From Archaeoglobaceae archaeon (GTDB lineage Archaea; Halobacteriota; Archaeoglobi; Archaeoglobales; Archaeoglobaceae), in contig JAGGXN010000075.1 in NCBI GenBank assembly GCA_021163065.1, forward strand, positions 1-37,319: a DNA stretch of 37,319 nucleotides. Direction: 5' to 3'. Below the pieces are notes generated by a model. It saw only the letters and a program-made list of their open reading frames with translations. It was not told the origin of the DNA and did not search any database. The translations under genes were made by a program, and so were the position numbers. Of this stretch, positions 1 to 9,103 are shown in pieces. Positions within the stretch are counted from its first letter, which is position 1, and every line of letters begins with the position of its first letter.

Positions 1-74
1 ATTTTAACTTCAAGAGGTATCTTATTTCTCTCGAATACTTTAAGCTCCTTGACTATTTCTTTTACAAATTGCAT
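1..74 (-). CDS. Partial CDS of unknown function; only the 5' end is present and it runs off the window start
   Basis: An ATG (complement of cat at 72-74) opens a frame with no stop down to position 1 (MQFVKEIVKELKVFERNKIPLEVK...). It is divergent from fae-hps. No recognisable motif. Confidence 0.3.
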   Translation of the reverse strand, partial: MQFVKEIVKELKVFERNKIPLEVK

Positions 75-182
75 AATTCGATGTTATTTTTGGTATTTAT
101 TTGTTTTTGTAATAGGGACACGTCCTTTAAACAAATCCAAAATTTTTTATTGCATCGTACTAACTTTTTGCAGGGGAACTTA

Positions 183-1364
183 ATGGAGATGAGAATTGGA
201 GAAGCTTTAATTGGAGAAGGCTATGAGGTCGCTCACATTGATTTGATGATTGGTACAAAGGATAGCCCCGTAGGCATAGCTTTTGCAAATGCACTATCAA
301 ACCTCTCTCAAGGACACACACCCTTACTTGCGGTTTTAAGACCAAATCTGATTACAAAACCACCTGCAGTGATAATTCCAAAAGTTACTGTAAAGGATTT
401 GAAACAAGCAGAGCTAATCTTTGGGGCTGCACAAGCAGCAGTTGCTAAAGCAATTGCAGATGCCGTTGAAGAAGGTGTAATTCCAATGGATGTTGCTGAG
501 GATTACGTTGTAATTGTTAGCGTCTTCATCCATCCAAAGGCTAAAAATAAGCATAAGGTTTACTATTACAATTATGGAGCAACTAAACTTGCGTTAAAGA
601 GAGCTATGCAGAACTTTCCGGATGTTGAAACTGTTTTGTATGAGAAAGATAGAAGTTTCCATCCATTTGTTGGCAGAAAATTGACAAAACTCTGGGACCC
701 GCCATATTTGCAAATTGCCATCGATATCCCAGACTTAAATGAGGTCTTAAACATCCTAAGACAAATTCCGGATAGCGATCATATTGTTTACGAGATTGGT
801 ACACCCTTAGCAAAAAGGTATGGAAGTGAAGTTATATTAAAACTTAGAGAAATAAAACCCGACTCGTTTTTCGTTTTGGACTTAAAAACGTTAGATGTTG
901 GAAATTTAGAGGCAAGGATGGCTGCAGATGCTACTGCTAACGCAATTGTAATCTCAGGTCTGGCTCCAATTCAAACAATCGTTAAAGGAATTAGAGAAGC
1001 GGAAAAGACTGGAATACTATCTATTATCGACATGCTTAACGTTGAAAATCCTGTTGAGAGGTTAAAGAAGATTAAAGAGCATGCAATTCCAAATATCGTT
1101 GAACTACATAGAGCAATCGATACTGAAGGTGTTGCTGAAGTTCCTTGGAAATATGCTTCAAAAGTAAAGGAGCTTGGTGTTTTGGTTGCGGTAGCTGGAG
1201 GAGTTAGGCCTGAAAATGTTCAGGAAGCGATTTCCGCTGGCGCTGATATACTCATTGTTGGAAGGGCGATTACAAAATCAAGAGACGTTGAAGGGGCTGT
1301 TAGAAGATTTTTGACTTACATGAAACCCGATACAGACCAATTTAGAATTATGACTGACTTTTAA
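183..1364 (+). CDS. fae-hps: Bifunctional formaldehyde-activating enzyme / 3-hexulose-6-phosphate synthase (Fae-Hps fusion)
   Basis: The N-terminus MEMRIGEALIGEGYEVAHIDLMIGTKDSPVG is Fae-like. The C-terminal half (YLQIAIDIPD...DLKTLDVGN...VAGGV...IVGRAIT) has the OMP-decarboxylase/HPS fold. The track ORF 69..1364 is trimmed to the ATG at 183, which follows a GGGGA motif. Confidence 0.9.
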   Translation: MEMRIGEALIGEGYEVAHIDLMIGTKDSPVGIAFANALSNLSQGHTPLLAVLRPNLITKPPAVIIPKVTVKDLKQAELIFGAAQAAVAKAIADAVEEGVIPMDVAEDYVVIVSVFIHPKAKNKHKVYYYNYGATKLALKRAMQNFPDVETVLYEKDRSFHPFVGRKLTKLWDPPYLQIAIDIPDLNEVLNILRQIPDSDHIVYEIGTPLAKRYGSEVILKLREIKPDSFFVLDLKTLDVGNLEARMAADATANAIVISGLAPIQTIVKGIREAEKTGILSIIDMLNVENPVERLKKIKEHAIPNIVELHRAIDTEGVAEVPWKYASKVKELGVLVAVAGGVRPENVQEAISAGADILIVGRAITKSRDVEGAVRRFLTYMKPDTDQFRIMTDF

Positions 1365-1382
1365 AATTTTTAAGGTGGTTGT

Positions 1383-2045
1383 ATGGGTGTTGTAATAATA
1401 AATTTCAAAGCTTATAAAGAAGGTTTTGGTTTGAATGGGTTGAAATTGGCTAAGGCAATTGAAAGCGTAGCTGATAAAGTTGATGATTATATTGCAATAG
1501 CCCCAACATCTTTGGATTTGCAAAAATTTGCAAATGAGCTATCAATTGATGTCTATTCTCAGCACGTTGATGCTGTTGATTTTGGAAGTCACACTGGAAG
1601 AATTAATGCTGAAATGATTAAGGAAATGGGGATTAAAGGTAGCTTGATCAACCATTCTGAAAGGAGACTAAGACTTGCGGATATCGACTTTATAGTTGAA
1701 AAATTTAGGGATTTAGACTTGATATCTATTGTTTGCACAAATAACGTTGCTACAACTGCTGCTGCAGCAGCACTACAACCAGATTACGTTGCAATTGAGC
1801 CGCCAGAGTTGATTGGAAGTGGTATTCCTGTATCGAAGGCTGAGCCAGAAATTGTTGAAAATTCTGTTAAGGCTGCAAAAGACGTTTATCCAGAAATAAA
1901 GGTTTTGTGTGGTGCAGGGATAAGCAAGAATGAAGATTATGTAACAGCCTTAGATCTAGGAGCAGATGGTGTTCTTTTGGCAAGTGGTGTTGTTAAGGCA
2001 AAAGACCCTAAGGCAGCGTTGGAAGAACTAGTTGGGTTGAGATAA
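1383..2045 (+). CDS. tpiA: Triosephosphate isomerase (short archaeal type)
   Basis: 220 aa with INFKAYKEG, LINHSERR and AIEPPELIGSG motifs typical of archaeal TIM. AGGTGG lies upstream of the ATG. Confidence 0.9.
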   Translation: MGVVIINFKAYKEGFGLNGLKLAKAIESVADKVDDYIAIAPTSLDLQKFANELSIDVYSQHVDAVDFGSHTGRINAEMIKEMGIKGSLINHSERRLRLADIDFIVEKFRDLDLISIVCTNNVATTAAAAALQPDYVAIEPPELIGSGIPVSKAEPEIVENSVKAAKDVYPEIKVLCGAGISKNEDYVTALDLGADGVLLASGVVKAKDPKAALEELVGLR

Positions 2046-2060
2046 TATAAAAAATTAAAT

Positions 2061-2228
2061 TCAGAAGTTCAAATCGTCTTTGTAAAACTCCTTCTTTTTC
2101 AATTTCTTTTTCGATTTTCTACTTTCCTTCATTTTGGGTGGATCATTCAGTAATTCCTCAAATTCCTCATCTGTCACGGGTTTTAAATCCACCCAGTCTT
2201 TAAACTTCTTTGATTTTTTCAGCTTCAT
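2061..2228 (-). CDS. Hypothetical small lysine-rich protein (55 aa, below the track cutoff)
   Basis: My own translation gives MKLKKSKKFKDWVDLKPVTDEEFEELLNDPPKMKESRKSKKKLKKKEFYKDDLNF. It fills an otherwise empty 319-bp gap. A TATA-like AAATATATA (complement of about 2256-2265) sits about 30 nt upstream of the ATG. No family recognised. Confidence 0.3.
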   Translation of the reverse strand: MKLKKSKKFKDWVDLKPVTDEEFEELLNDPPKMKESRKSKKKLKKKEFYKDDLNF

Positions 2229-2364
2229 CTAATCTTGCTTTCATTGTAAAAAAATGTATATATTTCTTTCGTGATTGTATCTGTAATTGAAAACCGTTTC
2301 AAGTTTAATTTTAATAATCTAGGTCAAAAATGCTCGAACTGTTCAAACAAAATAAAAATTAAAA

Positions 2365-3249
2365 TTATTTTTTCTCAACATCCAATCCATATTTTCTTGC
2401 ATTTTCATCAGCTATCCTTTGCAATTCTTCAATTATCTGCTTACCCATTGGATGCTTGAACAGATGCCTGAATCTCCTCTGAATTTTTAAATACTCTTCA
2501 ACAGGCTTTCTATCTTTAATCTTTCTAACTCTTGTAAGTTTTCCATATTCGAATTCAACTAAAGGATATAATCCTGTCTCAACTGCAAGTTTTGCAGCTA
2601 TTATTCCACCTTTTCCGTCAACGCCCCATCCAGTAACGCATGGGGAATGAATTTGAATATATTTTGTACCTTCAAACTCCAAAGCTCTTTTAACTTTCCT
2701 CCTTATGTCTGCCGGAAAGGCCGAAGATGATGTCGCCACATACGGTATGCCATGGGCAACTGCTATTGACACCATGTCCTTTTTCTTTCCCAACTTTCCA
2801 GGCATTAGCTTGCCTACAGGTGTAGTTGTTGTTGCCTCGCCCATCGGCGTTAAACCGCTTTGCTGATGTCCTGTGTTTTGATAAGCCTCGTTATCTAAGC
2901 AGATGTAAATTATGTCGTGATTTCTATCCATAACTCCGGATAAGCAGCCAAAACCTATGTCTGCTGTAGCTCCATCTCCAGCAAAGACCACTACATGTCC
3001 TTCATCTTTTCTTCCCAACGCCCTCAAAGCGGCCTCAATTCCAGCAGCTACCGGAGCAGCATTTTCAAACAGCGAATGTATGTATGGTACTCCCCAAGCA
3101 CTTTTTCCGTATTGAGAGCTTATGATTTCCAAACATCCGGTTGAGTTAACGACAAAACATTTACCATCCAAAGCTTGTAAAACGTTTTTTACAGCTATCG
3201 GCAATCCACATCCAGGACAGGCTCCATGTCCGCTACTAAAGTATTTCAT
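2365..3249 (-). CDS. porB: Pyruvate/2-ketoisovalerate:ferredoxin oxidoreductase, beta (TPP-binding) subunit
   Basis: GHGACPGCG at the N-terminus and GDGATADIGF...LDNEAYQNTG (TPP motif). The start overlaps the alpha subunit stop by 4 nt. Confidence 0.85.
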   Translation of the reverse strand: MKYFSSGHGACPGCGLPIAVKNVLQALDGKCFVVNSTGCLEIISSQYGKSAWGVPYIHSLFENAAPVAAGIEAALRALGRKDEGHVVVFAGDGATADIGFGCLSGVMDRNHDIIYICLDNEAYQNTGHQQSGLTPMGEATTTTPVGKLMPGKLGKKKDMVSIAVAHGIPYVATSSSAFPADIRRKVKRALEFEGTKYIQIHSPCVTGWGVDGKGGIIAAKLAVETGLYPLVEFEYGKLTRVRKIKDRKPVEEYLKIQRRFRHLFKHPMGKQIIEELQRIADENARKYGLDVEKK

Positions 3250-4421
3250 GGAATCACCTCCTTAAACTCTTGAACACCTTCAAAGTGGAATCCCTGCTTA
3301 ACTTTGCCCTGCATAACGTTGTCAATTATTTTCACAATCAACTCTCTCGGAACGTCTCTGCCACCAAGTCCTATGGCAAAAGAGTAAATTTCTTTGCTCT
3401 TGCCATATAAAGCATTTTTGACTTCAATTGCTACTTGCCCTTCATTACCAAAAGAGACCGCTCTTTCAAGAACTATTACTTTGTTAACGTTTTTTAAAGC
3501 CTTCCTAATTTCATCATTCGGGAACGGTCTAAATGTTCTTAGCTTTATTAATCCAACCTTTTTTCCTTCCCTTCTCAAGCTTTCAACAACATCTCTAACA
3601 AGGCTTGTAATTGAACCTAAGGTTATAACGGCTAATTCAGCATCATCAACATTCTCTGCTGAAATGTGACTTTTCCAGTCTCTGCCCGTGAATTCAGCCC
3701 ATTCCTTAAAAACATCTTCCATAACCTTTCTTGCCCTTTCTATCGCATTTTGCAATGCAACTCTAAACTCCATATAGATGTGGGGTGGTGCGTAAGAGCC
3801 GAAGGTTAAAGGTTTGTCAACACTAAGCTTTGCCACAGGCTCATATGGTGGCAAGAATTCGTCAATCATTTCCTGACTGTGCAAATCAACCGGCTCGTAA
3901 GCGTGCGTCAACTTATAGCCATCCATACAAATCATAAATGGGAGTAAAACCTTGCTATTTTCGGCAATTTTATAAGCTTGAGGAATTAAATCATGAGCCT
4001 CCTGATTGTTTTCCACGTAAACTTGTATAATTCCTGCATCTCTCATGAACATGCTGTCTTGATGGTCATTCCAAATACTTAGCGGAGCTGATAAGGCTCT
4101 GTTTGTGTTAACCAATACAATTGGCAAGCGCATTCCTGCAGCATTAATTAAAACTTCACTCATCAAAATCAAACCTTGGCTACATGTAGCTGTAAATGTT
4201 CTCGCTCCAGTTGCTGATGCTCCAACTAAAATTGAGGCTGCTGAAAATTCGGATTCTGCTGTAATGTAAACACAATTTTCTAACTCACCATTTGCATACA
4301 TTGCTGCCAAATTCTCAACGATCTCCGTCTGAGGGGTTATCGGATAAGCGGAAATTACATTTGGTCTGCAAGTTTTTACAGCATGCGCTACGGAATAAAA
4401 ACCTCTAACAACTTTCATCAT
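3246..4421 (-). CDS. porA: Pyruvate/2-ketoisovalerate:ferredoxin oxidoreductase, alpha subunit
   Basis: 391 aa with a typical PorA/VorA N-terminus (GFYSVAHAVKTCRPNVISAYPITPQTEI). Third gene of the gamma-delta-alpha-beta operon. Confidence 0.85.
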   Translation of the reverse strand: MMKVVRGFYSVAHAVKTCRPNVISAYPITPQTEIVENLAAMYANGELENCVYITAESEFSAASILVGASATGARTFTATCSQGLILMSEVLINAAGMRLPIVLVNTNRALSAPLSIWNDHQDSMFMRDAGIIQVYVENNQEAHDLIPQAYKIAENSKVLLPFMICMDGYKLTHAYEPVDLHSQEMIDEFLPPYEPVAKLSVDKPLTFGSYAPPHIYMEFRVALQNAIERARKVMEDVFKEWAEFTGRDWKSHISAENVDDAELAVITLGSITSLVRDVVESLRREGKKVGLIKLRTFRPFPNDEIRKALKNVNKVIVLERAVSFGNEGQVAIEVKNALYGKSKEIYSFAIGLGGRDVPRELIVKIIDNVMQGKVKQGFHFEGVQEFKEVIP

Positions 4422-4422
4422 T

Positions 4423-4713
4423 TTATTCCACCTCTAATTTGTAAATTTCCTTCACTTCCATTCTTATCGCATTTTCAGGGCAAACGAATGCGCAAACCCC
4501 ACAACCTTTGCAGTAGTCATAGTTAAAAACTGCATATTTCTTCTTATTCTCTTTTACAACTTCAACGCACAAATCTGGACAGAACATCTCGCAACTTCTG
4601 CATCCAGAACATTTTTCAACATCTACAATTGGATATTCTGTTCCCCAATCACCAGTCTTGTTTTTCTTTGCCTCCATTGGGCGTGAGATGGCTCCAATGG
4701 TTATTTCAATCAT
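4423..4713 (-). CDS. porD: Pyruvate/2-ketoisovalerate:ferredoxin oxidoreductase, delta subunit (2x[4Fe-4S])
   Basis: 96 aa with CSGCRSCEMFCP and CKGCGVCAFVCP motifs. Its start overlaps the gamma subunit stop by 4 nt. Confidence 0.85.
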   Translation of the reverse strand: MIEITIGAISRPMEAKKNKTGDWGTEYPIVDVEKCSGCRSCEMFCPDLCVEVVKENKKKYAVFNYDYCKGCGVCAFVCPENAIRMEVKEIYKLEVE

Positions 4714-5207
4714 ATCTTCACCTCCAACATGTATTTGCAGGCATCTTCAACAAGTTTAGCATTTTTATCAGCTATCTCTCCCTTAAACCATTCATATATT
4801 GTCTCCTTCAAAGTTTCAAGTTTTATCAGCTTTGTAGCTCCAGCAAAAGCACCAACCATTGCTGTATTCGTTATCGGCCTTCCTAAGATTTCCATTGCCA
4901 TTTTCGTTGCATTTATCGTCACAACTTTTCGATCCGTGCTTATCAATTTCTTGAATTCTTCTGCAGACTTCGGATAATTTGCAATCAGCAACCCATTCTC
5001 TTTCAACCCTTTATCCACTTCTACAGACTCAACCACTGTTGGATCTAGGACTACAACGTAGTCGGGATAGTAAATTTCATCTCTCAAAACAATTGGTTTA
5101 TCAGAGAGCCTTAAGAAGGATGCTACAGGCGTACCTCTCTTCTCAGCTCCAAATGTTGGAAATGAAAGTGTATAATAGCCTTCCTTAAATCCTGCAACTG
5201 CTAACAT
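4710..5207 (-). CDS. porG: Pyruvate/2-ketoisovalerate:ferredoxin oxidoreductase, gamma subunit; 5' end disrupted (see finding)
   Basis: MLAVAGFKEGYYTLSFPTFGAEKRGTPVASFLRL... matches PorG from about residue 25 onward. An in-frame TAG (complement of 5223-5225) sits just upstream of this ORF. Confidence 0.8.
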   Translation of the reverse strand: MLAVAGFKEGYYTLSFPTFGAEKRGTPVASFLRLSDKPIVLRDEIYYPDYVVVLDPTVVESVEVDKGLKENGLLIANYPKSAEEFKKLISTDRKVVTINATKMAMEILGRPITNTAMVGAFAGATKLIKLETLKETIYEWFKGEIADKNAKLVEDACKYMLEVKI

Positions 5208-5217
5208 GTCTGCTGCA

Positions 5218-5275
5218 GTAACTACTCCTTGCCCACCTCGTCCATGAAACCTAACTTCGATTAAAATAAGGCATC
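5218..5275 (-). other. Displaced 5' coding fragment of porG, encoding IEVRFHGRGGQGVV in a different frame
   Basis: My own translation of the minus strand: a frame whose codons end at 5262, 5259 and so on reads ATC GAA GTT AGG TTT CAT GGA CGA GGT GGG CAA GGA GTA GTT. This is the invariant PorG N-terminus. GGAGAGGTG followed by ATG (5275) lies in a third frame. Confidence 0.6.
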
Positions 5276-5390
5276 ACCTCTCCGCTTTAACACCTTGTAA
5301 AGTTTAACTTTCATTTAATAAATGTTAAGGTTTTGCTGAATCTTTTTATATATAATGATTAAAAATTAAGTTTAAGCTTAAAACTCAAAA

Positions 5391-5398
5391 TTTTTATA
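5391..5398 (+). promoter_or_regulatory. Candidate TATA box for hisS (predicts a leaderless or near-leaderless GTG start)
   Basis: TTTTTATA is centred about 26 nt upstream of the GTG at 5420, and no SD motif lies between them. Confidence 0.35.
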
Positions 5399-5419
5399 CC
5401 TGCCAAAAAATTATCTCTC

Positions 5420-6658
5420 GTGAAGATTGAGAGGCCAAGAGGTACAAGGGATTTTTTACCAGAAGAAATGGAGAAAAGAAGAGAAATAGAAAGAAAGATG
5501 AGAAAAATTGCAGAATTGTATGGCTATAGGGAGATTCAAACACCAACTTTTGAGCATCTTGAATTGTTTACATTGAAGTCTGGAGAAGGAATAATTGAGG
5601 AGATATATGCGTTTAAAGACAAAGGTGGCAGGAACTTGGCGTTGAGACCTGAATTAACTGCTCCAGTAATGAGGATGTTTGTAAATGAATGTAGCGTTAT
5701 GCCAAAGCCATTGAGGTTTTACTATTTTGCTAACTGCTTTAGATACGAAAGACCGCAAAAAGGAAGGTATAGAGAATTTTGGCAGTTTGGTGTTGAATTA
5801 ATAGGTTCTTCTTCTTATTTAGCTGATGCAGAGGTAATTTCCTTAGCTTACGATATAATGGAAAACTTGAATTTAAAGTTCGATTTGCACATTGGGCATG
5901 TTGGACTGCTTAGATTGCTATTGAAAGATGTTGAAGAAAACGTTGCATCCAAAATAATGCGGCTTATTGACAAAAAAGATTCTAAAGGCTTGGAGGATTA
6001 TCTAAATACGATTTCAATTGACAGAGATTTGGAGGGCAAAATATATGACATAATTGAGCTTATTGGAGACAGAAGCATAATAGAGGATGCAAAAGGCATA
6101 ATTCCAAATTTCGATTTTGAATACATTGAAAAGCTGTGCGACTGCTTGGATTCGATAGATGTTAAATACAATTTGGATTTCGGAATTGCAAGGGGTTTGG
6201 ATTATTATACGGGTGTTGTCTTTGAAGCTTATGCTAAAGAGGGCTTAGGCGCACAAAATCAGATTTGTGGTGGTGGTAGTTATAGATTGGCCCACCTCTT
6301 TGGTGTCGATACACCTTCAACTGGATTTGCCTTGGGATTTGATAGAATTGCTGAGATTTGCGAATTACAAGCTGAAAAGCCTAAGGTAGTTGCAATAGTA
6401 GCATTTAAAGGATTAGAGAATGAAGCTTTTAAAATTTCAAGAATTGTTAGAGAGGCTGGAGTAGATGCGATTGTTGACGTTATGCAGAGAAGTCTGAAAA
6501 AGCAACTTAGTTATGCAAATGATATAAAAGCAGACTTCGCCATAATTGTGGGGGAGGAGGAATTAAAACAAAAGTCGGTTGCGATTAAAGATTTAAAGAC
6601 AGGAGAGCAGAAAATAGTAAAAATAGATGAGTTGAGGGATTACTTAAAAAGCGTATAA
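5420..6658 (+). CDS. hisS: Histidyl-tRNA synthetase
   Basis: 412 aa with RGTRDFLPEE, LRPELTAP, FRYERPQKGRYREFWQ (class II motif 2) and GGGSYRL...GFALGFDR (motif 3). GTG start. Confidence 0.93.
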   Translation: MKIERPRGTRDFLPEEMEKRREIERKMRKIAELYGYREIQTPTFEHLELFTLKSGEGIIEEIYAFKDKGGRNLALRPELTAPVMRMFVNECSVMPKPLRFYYFANCFRYERPQKGRYREFWQFGVELIGSSSYLADAEVISLAYDIMENLNLKFDLHIGHVGLLRLLLKDVEENVASKIMRLIDKKDSKGLEDYLNTISIDRDLEGKIYDIIELIGDRSIIEDAKGIIPNFDFEYIEKLCDCLDSIDVKYNLDFGIARGLDYYTGVVFEAYAKEGLGAQNQICGGGSYRLAHLFGVDTPSTGFALGFDRIAEICELQAEKPKVVAIVAFKGLENEAFKISRIVREAGVDAIVDVMQRSLKKQLSYANDIKADFAIIVGEEELKQKSVAIKDLKTGEQKIVKIDELRDYLKSV

Positions 6659-6712
6659 CTTTCAAAATCGCAACTTATATTTTTCCAGTAAAATAGTTTC
6701 TTTGGTGATTGT

Positions 6713-7531
6713 ATGGAGTACGATGACGTTAAATCTACAATTGTCGAACTTTTTAGAAAAGCTGAAACAGAGTTAGGGGAAGATGTAATTAAGGCGATAA
6801 AAAAGGCTTATGAAATTGAAGAGAATGAAATAGCTAAAAATCAGTTAAAAACGATATTGGACAACATAGATGCTGCTAAAAAGCTTAAGGTTCCAATTTG
6901 TCAAGATACGGGCTTGCCAATTGTTTTTGTAGAACTTGGCAGAGAGCTTTGCTTGGATTTTGATTTGAAAAAGGCTATCATAGAGGGTGTAAAGCTAGCA
7001 ACAAAGGAAATTCCCCTAAGACCAAATGCTGTGGATCCTTTAACGAGGGAAAATCCCGGAAACAACGTTGGATTGCATGTTCCGCAGATAAATATAGATT
7101 TTGTTGAAGGTGATAAACTTAAGCTTACGGTGATGCCAAAGGGTGCTGGAAGCGAGAATACTTCTGCACTAAAAATGATGCTTCCAAGCCAAGTAAATGA
7201 GATTCCAAAGTTTGTTGTTGAAGTTGTAAAGAATGCTTTTGGCAAACCATGTCCACCGATTTTCGTTGGGGTTGGAATTGGTTCTACATTCGATGGCTCT
7301 GCAAAATTGGCTAAGAAGGCTTTGCTTAGAGATGTGACTGTTATGGACGAATACGAATTGAGAATGCTTGAAGCAATAAACGACCTTGGAATCGGTCCTA
7401 TGGGCTTAGGTGGAAAAACAACAGCCTTAGCAGTTTTGGTTGAAAAAGGATATTGCCATACAGCTTCTCTGCCAGTAGCTGTAAACATTCAGTGTTGGGC
7501 CAATAGAAGGGCATCAAAGGTTCTGGGGTGA
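6713..7531 (+). CDS. fumA: Class I (Fe-S) fumarate hydratase / tartrate dehydratase family, alpha subunit
   Basis: 272 aa with [16 protein letters not shown] and MPKGAGSEN motifs of the class I hydro-lyase N-terminal domain. Directly followed by the beta subunit. Confidence 0.85.
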   Translation: MEYDDVKSTIVELFRKAETELGEDVIKAIKKAYEIEENEIAKNQLKTILDNIDAAKKLKVPICQDTGLPIVFVELGRELCLDFDLKKAIIEGVKLATKEIPLRPNAVDPLTRENPGNNVGLHVPQINIDFVEGDKLKLTVMPKGAGSENTSALKMMLPSQVNEIPKFVVEVVKNAFGKPCPPIFVGVGIGSTFDGSAKLAKKALLRDVTVMDEYELRMLEAINDLGIGPMGLGGKTTALAVLVEKGYCHTASLPVAVNIQCWANRRASKVLG

Positions 7532-7536
7532 GAAAA

Positions 7537-8118
7537 ATGAAAGAAATTTCGTCTCCCTTAAATAAGGATGATGTGCTAAAATTAAAGGCTGGAGATATCG
7601 TATATGTTACTGGAGAGATTCTTACTGCAAGAGATAAAGCGCACATACGAATTTTAGAATTCCTCCAAGAAGGAAAAGAATTGCCATTTGAGCTTAATTG
7701 TAGAATTATCTATCACTGCGGTCCTTTGATGAAGAAAGAAGGTGAATGGGTTGCGGTATCTGCTGGACCAACAACTTCTGCAAGGATGAATGCCTCAACA
7801 AAAAAGATACTTGAAAAGATCGATTGTATTGGCATAATTGGAAAAGGTGGGATGGATGAAGAAGTTGTTAGAGCTTTAAATGGCAAAGGAATTTACCTAG
7901 CATACACTGGAGGGGCTGGAGCTTTGGCAGCAAAAGCTATAAAGAGAGTAAGAGGGGTACATTGGGAAGACTTAGGCATGGCAGAAGCCGTATGGGTTTT
8001 GGAAGTCGAAAAGTTTGGACCATGCATAGTTGGAATCGATGCTCATGGAAATAGCCTTTATTCTGAAATTTCAAAAAGAGTTGAGGAAAATTTCAAAAAT
8101 ATTATATCAAAAATTTAA
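7537..8118 (+). CDS. Class I fumarate hydratase family, beta subunit
   Basis: [14 protein letters not shown]...YHCGP...GPTTSARM...IGKGGM motifs. The ATG at 7537 follows GGGGTGA. The alternative GTG at 7528 overlaps the alpha subunit stop. Confidence 0.85.
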   Translation: MKEISSPLNKDDVLKLKAGDIVYVTGEILTARDKAHIRILEFLQEGKELPFELNCRIIYHCGPLMKKEGEWVAVSAGPTTSARMNASTKKILEKIDCIGIIGKGGMDEEVVRALNGKGIYLAYTGGAGALAAKAIKRVRGVHWEDLGMAEAVWVLEVEKFGPCIVGIDAHGNSLYSEISKRVEENFKNIISKI

Positions 8119-8140
8119 TTTTTTTAAAATTTTAAAAAAA
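8119..8140. terminator. Perfectly palindromic T7-A4-T4-A7 tract; candidate bidirectional oligo-T terminator
   Basis: tttttttaaaattttaaaaaaa exactly fills the gap between two convergent stop codons (8116-8118 and 8141-8143). Each strand presents a T7 run then a T4 run after its gene. Confidence 0.55.
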
Positions 8141-9103
8141 TTAAAGAGATGCAAATGCTTTTTCAAATGGTGGAACAACTTGCTTTTTCCTGCTCATCAC
8201 TCCATCAAGCCAGACTGATTTTCCTTCAAGCTTTTTGCCAAATGCCTTTTCAACAACCTCTGGATCGTCAGTCACGCAAAGCAATTCTGTACCCTCTTTC
8301 ATTATGTCTGTAAGCATTAGGAAAATGCTGTGATAACCGCCCTCTTCTTTAACCTTCTTCATCTCTTCATACAACGCGTCCTTGATTTCATCCAAAAGCG
8401 ACAAGTCAACGACTTCTATTTGTCCGATTCCAACTTTCTTGCCCGACATGTCAAAGTCTTTGTAGTCTCTAAACAGCAAATCTCTTGGACTTTTGCCAGC
8501 AACATCTGATTTTGCTTTGAACATTTCCATCGCAAAAGCCATCATGTCATCTATTCCAGCAATTTTTGCAAGTTCCTCTGCAACTTTTTTACATTTTTCA
8601 GTTGTTGTTACTGACTTAAACGCTACTGTATCGCTCAAGATACCCGCAAGCATTAAGCCTGCAATGTTTGGTGGTATCTCAACACCTGTTACATCAAATA
8701 GAATCTTCAAAACCGTCATTGTGCATCCTACTGGAAGATTTATGAATAGAATTGGATTTGGCGTTGTAATATCTCCAATCTTGTGATGATCAATTATTGC
8801 TACAATTTCAGCCTGATCGATGTTATCAACGGTTTGGCTTTTTTCACTATGATCAACAAGAATCAACTTCTTTCCAGCTCCGTCTGTAAGTAATTCCGGA
8901 AGTTCAAATCCAAGCTTGTTTAGAACAAATTCCGTTTCAGGATTCGGATCTCCTTGTCTTGCAGGTATTGCTTCCTCATCAACATTCATCACATCTTTCA
9001 TCTTTCCAGTTTCTCTCCACTTATTCCATAGATATGCAACAACAATTGCAGAACCAATGGAATCAGTGTCTGGATTTTTGTGTCCAACTACATAAATGCT
9101 CAT
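8141..9103 (-). CDS. ppaC: Manganese-dependent inorganic pyrophosphatase, family II (DHH/DHHA2)
   Basis: 320 aa with VVGHKNPDTDSIGSAI, VDHSE, IIDHHK and GILSDT motifs of the DHH family, plus a DHHA2-like C-terminus. Confidence 0.85.
   Translation of the reverse strand: MSIYVVGHKNPDTDSIGSAIVVAYLWNKWRETGKMKDVMNVDEEAIPARQGDPNPETEFVLNKLGFELPELLTDGAGKKLILVDHSEKSQTVDNIDQAEIVAIIDHHKIGDITTPNPILFINLPVGCTMTVLKILFDVTGVEIPPNIAGLMLAGILSDTVAFKSVTTTEKCKKVAEELAKIAGIDDMMAFAMEMFKAKSDVAGKSPRDLLFRDYKDFDMSGKKVGIGQIEVVDLSLLDEIKDALYEEMKKVKEEGGYHSIFLMLTDIMKEGTELLCVTDDPEVVEKAFGKKLEGKSVWLDGVMSRKKQVVPPFEKAFASL

Noticed and set aside
69-182. N-terminal extensions of track ORFs: 69-182 for fae-hps, 17084-17206 for the YkgJ-like gene, 27128-27190 for the NuoF-like gene, 36203-36241 for the PUA gene and 19966-20001 for the radical SAM gene.
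   Set aside because: The extensions are hydrophobic or low-complexity, overlap neighbouring genes or promoters, and precede an internal ATG with a good SD-like motif where the recognisable homology begins.
6901-7488. A 195-aa minus-strand ORF antisense to the fumarase alpha subunit gene. Similar long antisense ORFs occur at 18536-18886, 28438-28842, 29122-29574, 31441-31794 and 32910-33314.
   Set aside because: These are low-complexity S/L/F/P-rich translations lying entirely inside well-supported genes on the other strand. They are typical shadow ORFs of K/E-rich coding sequence.
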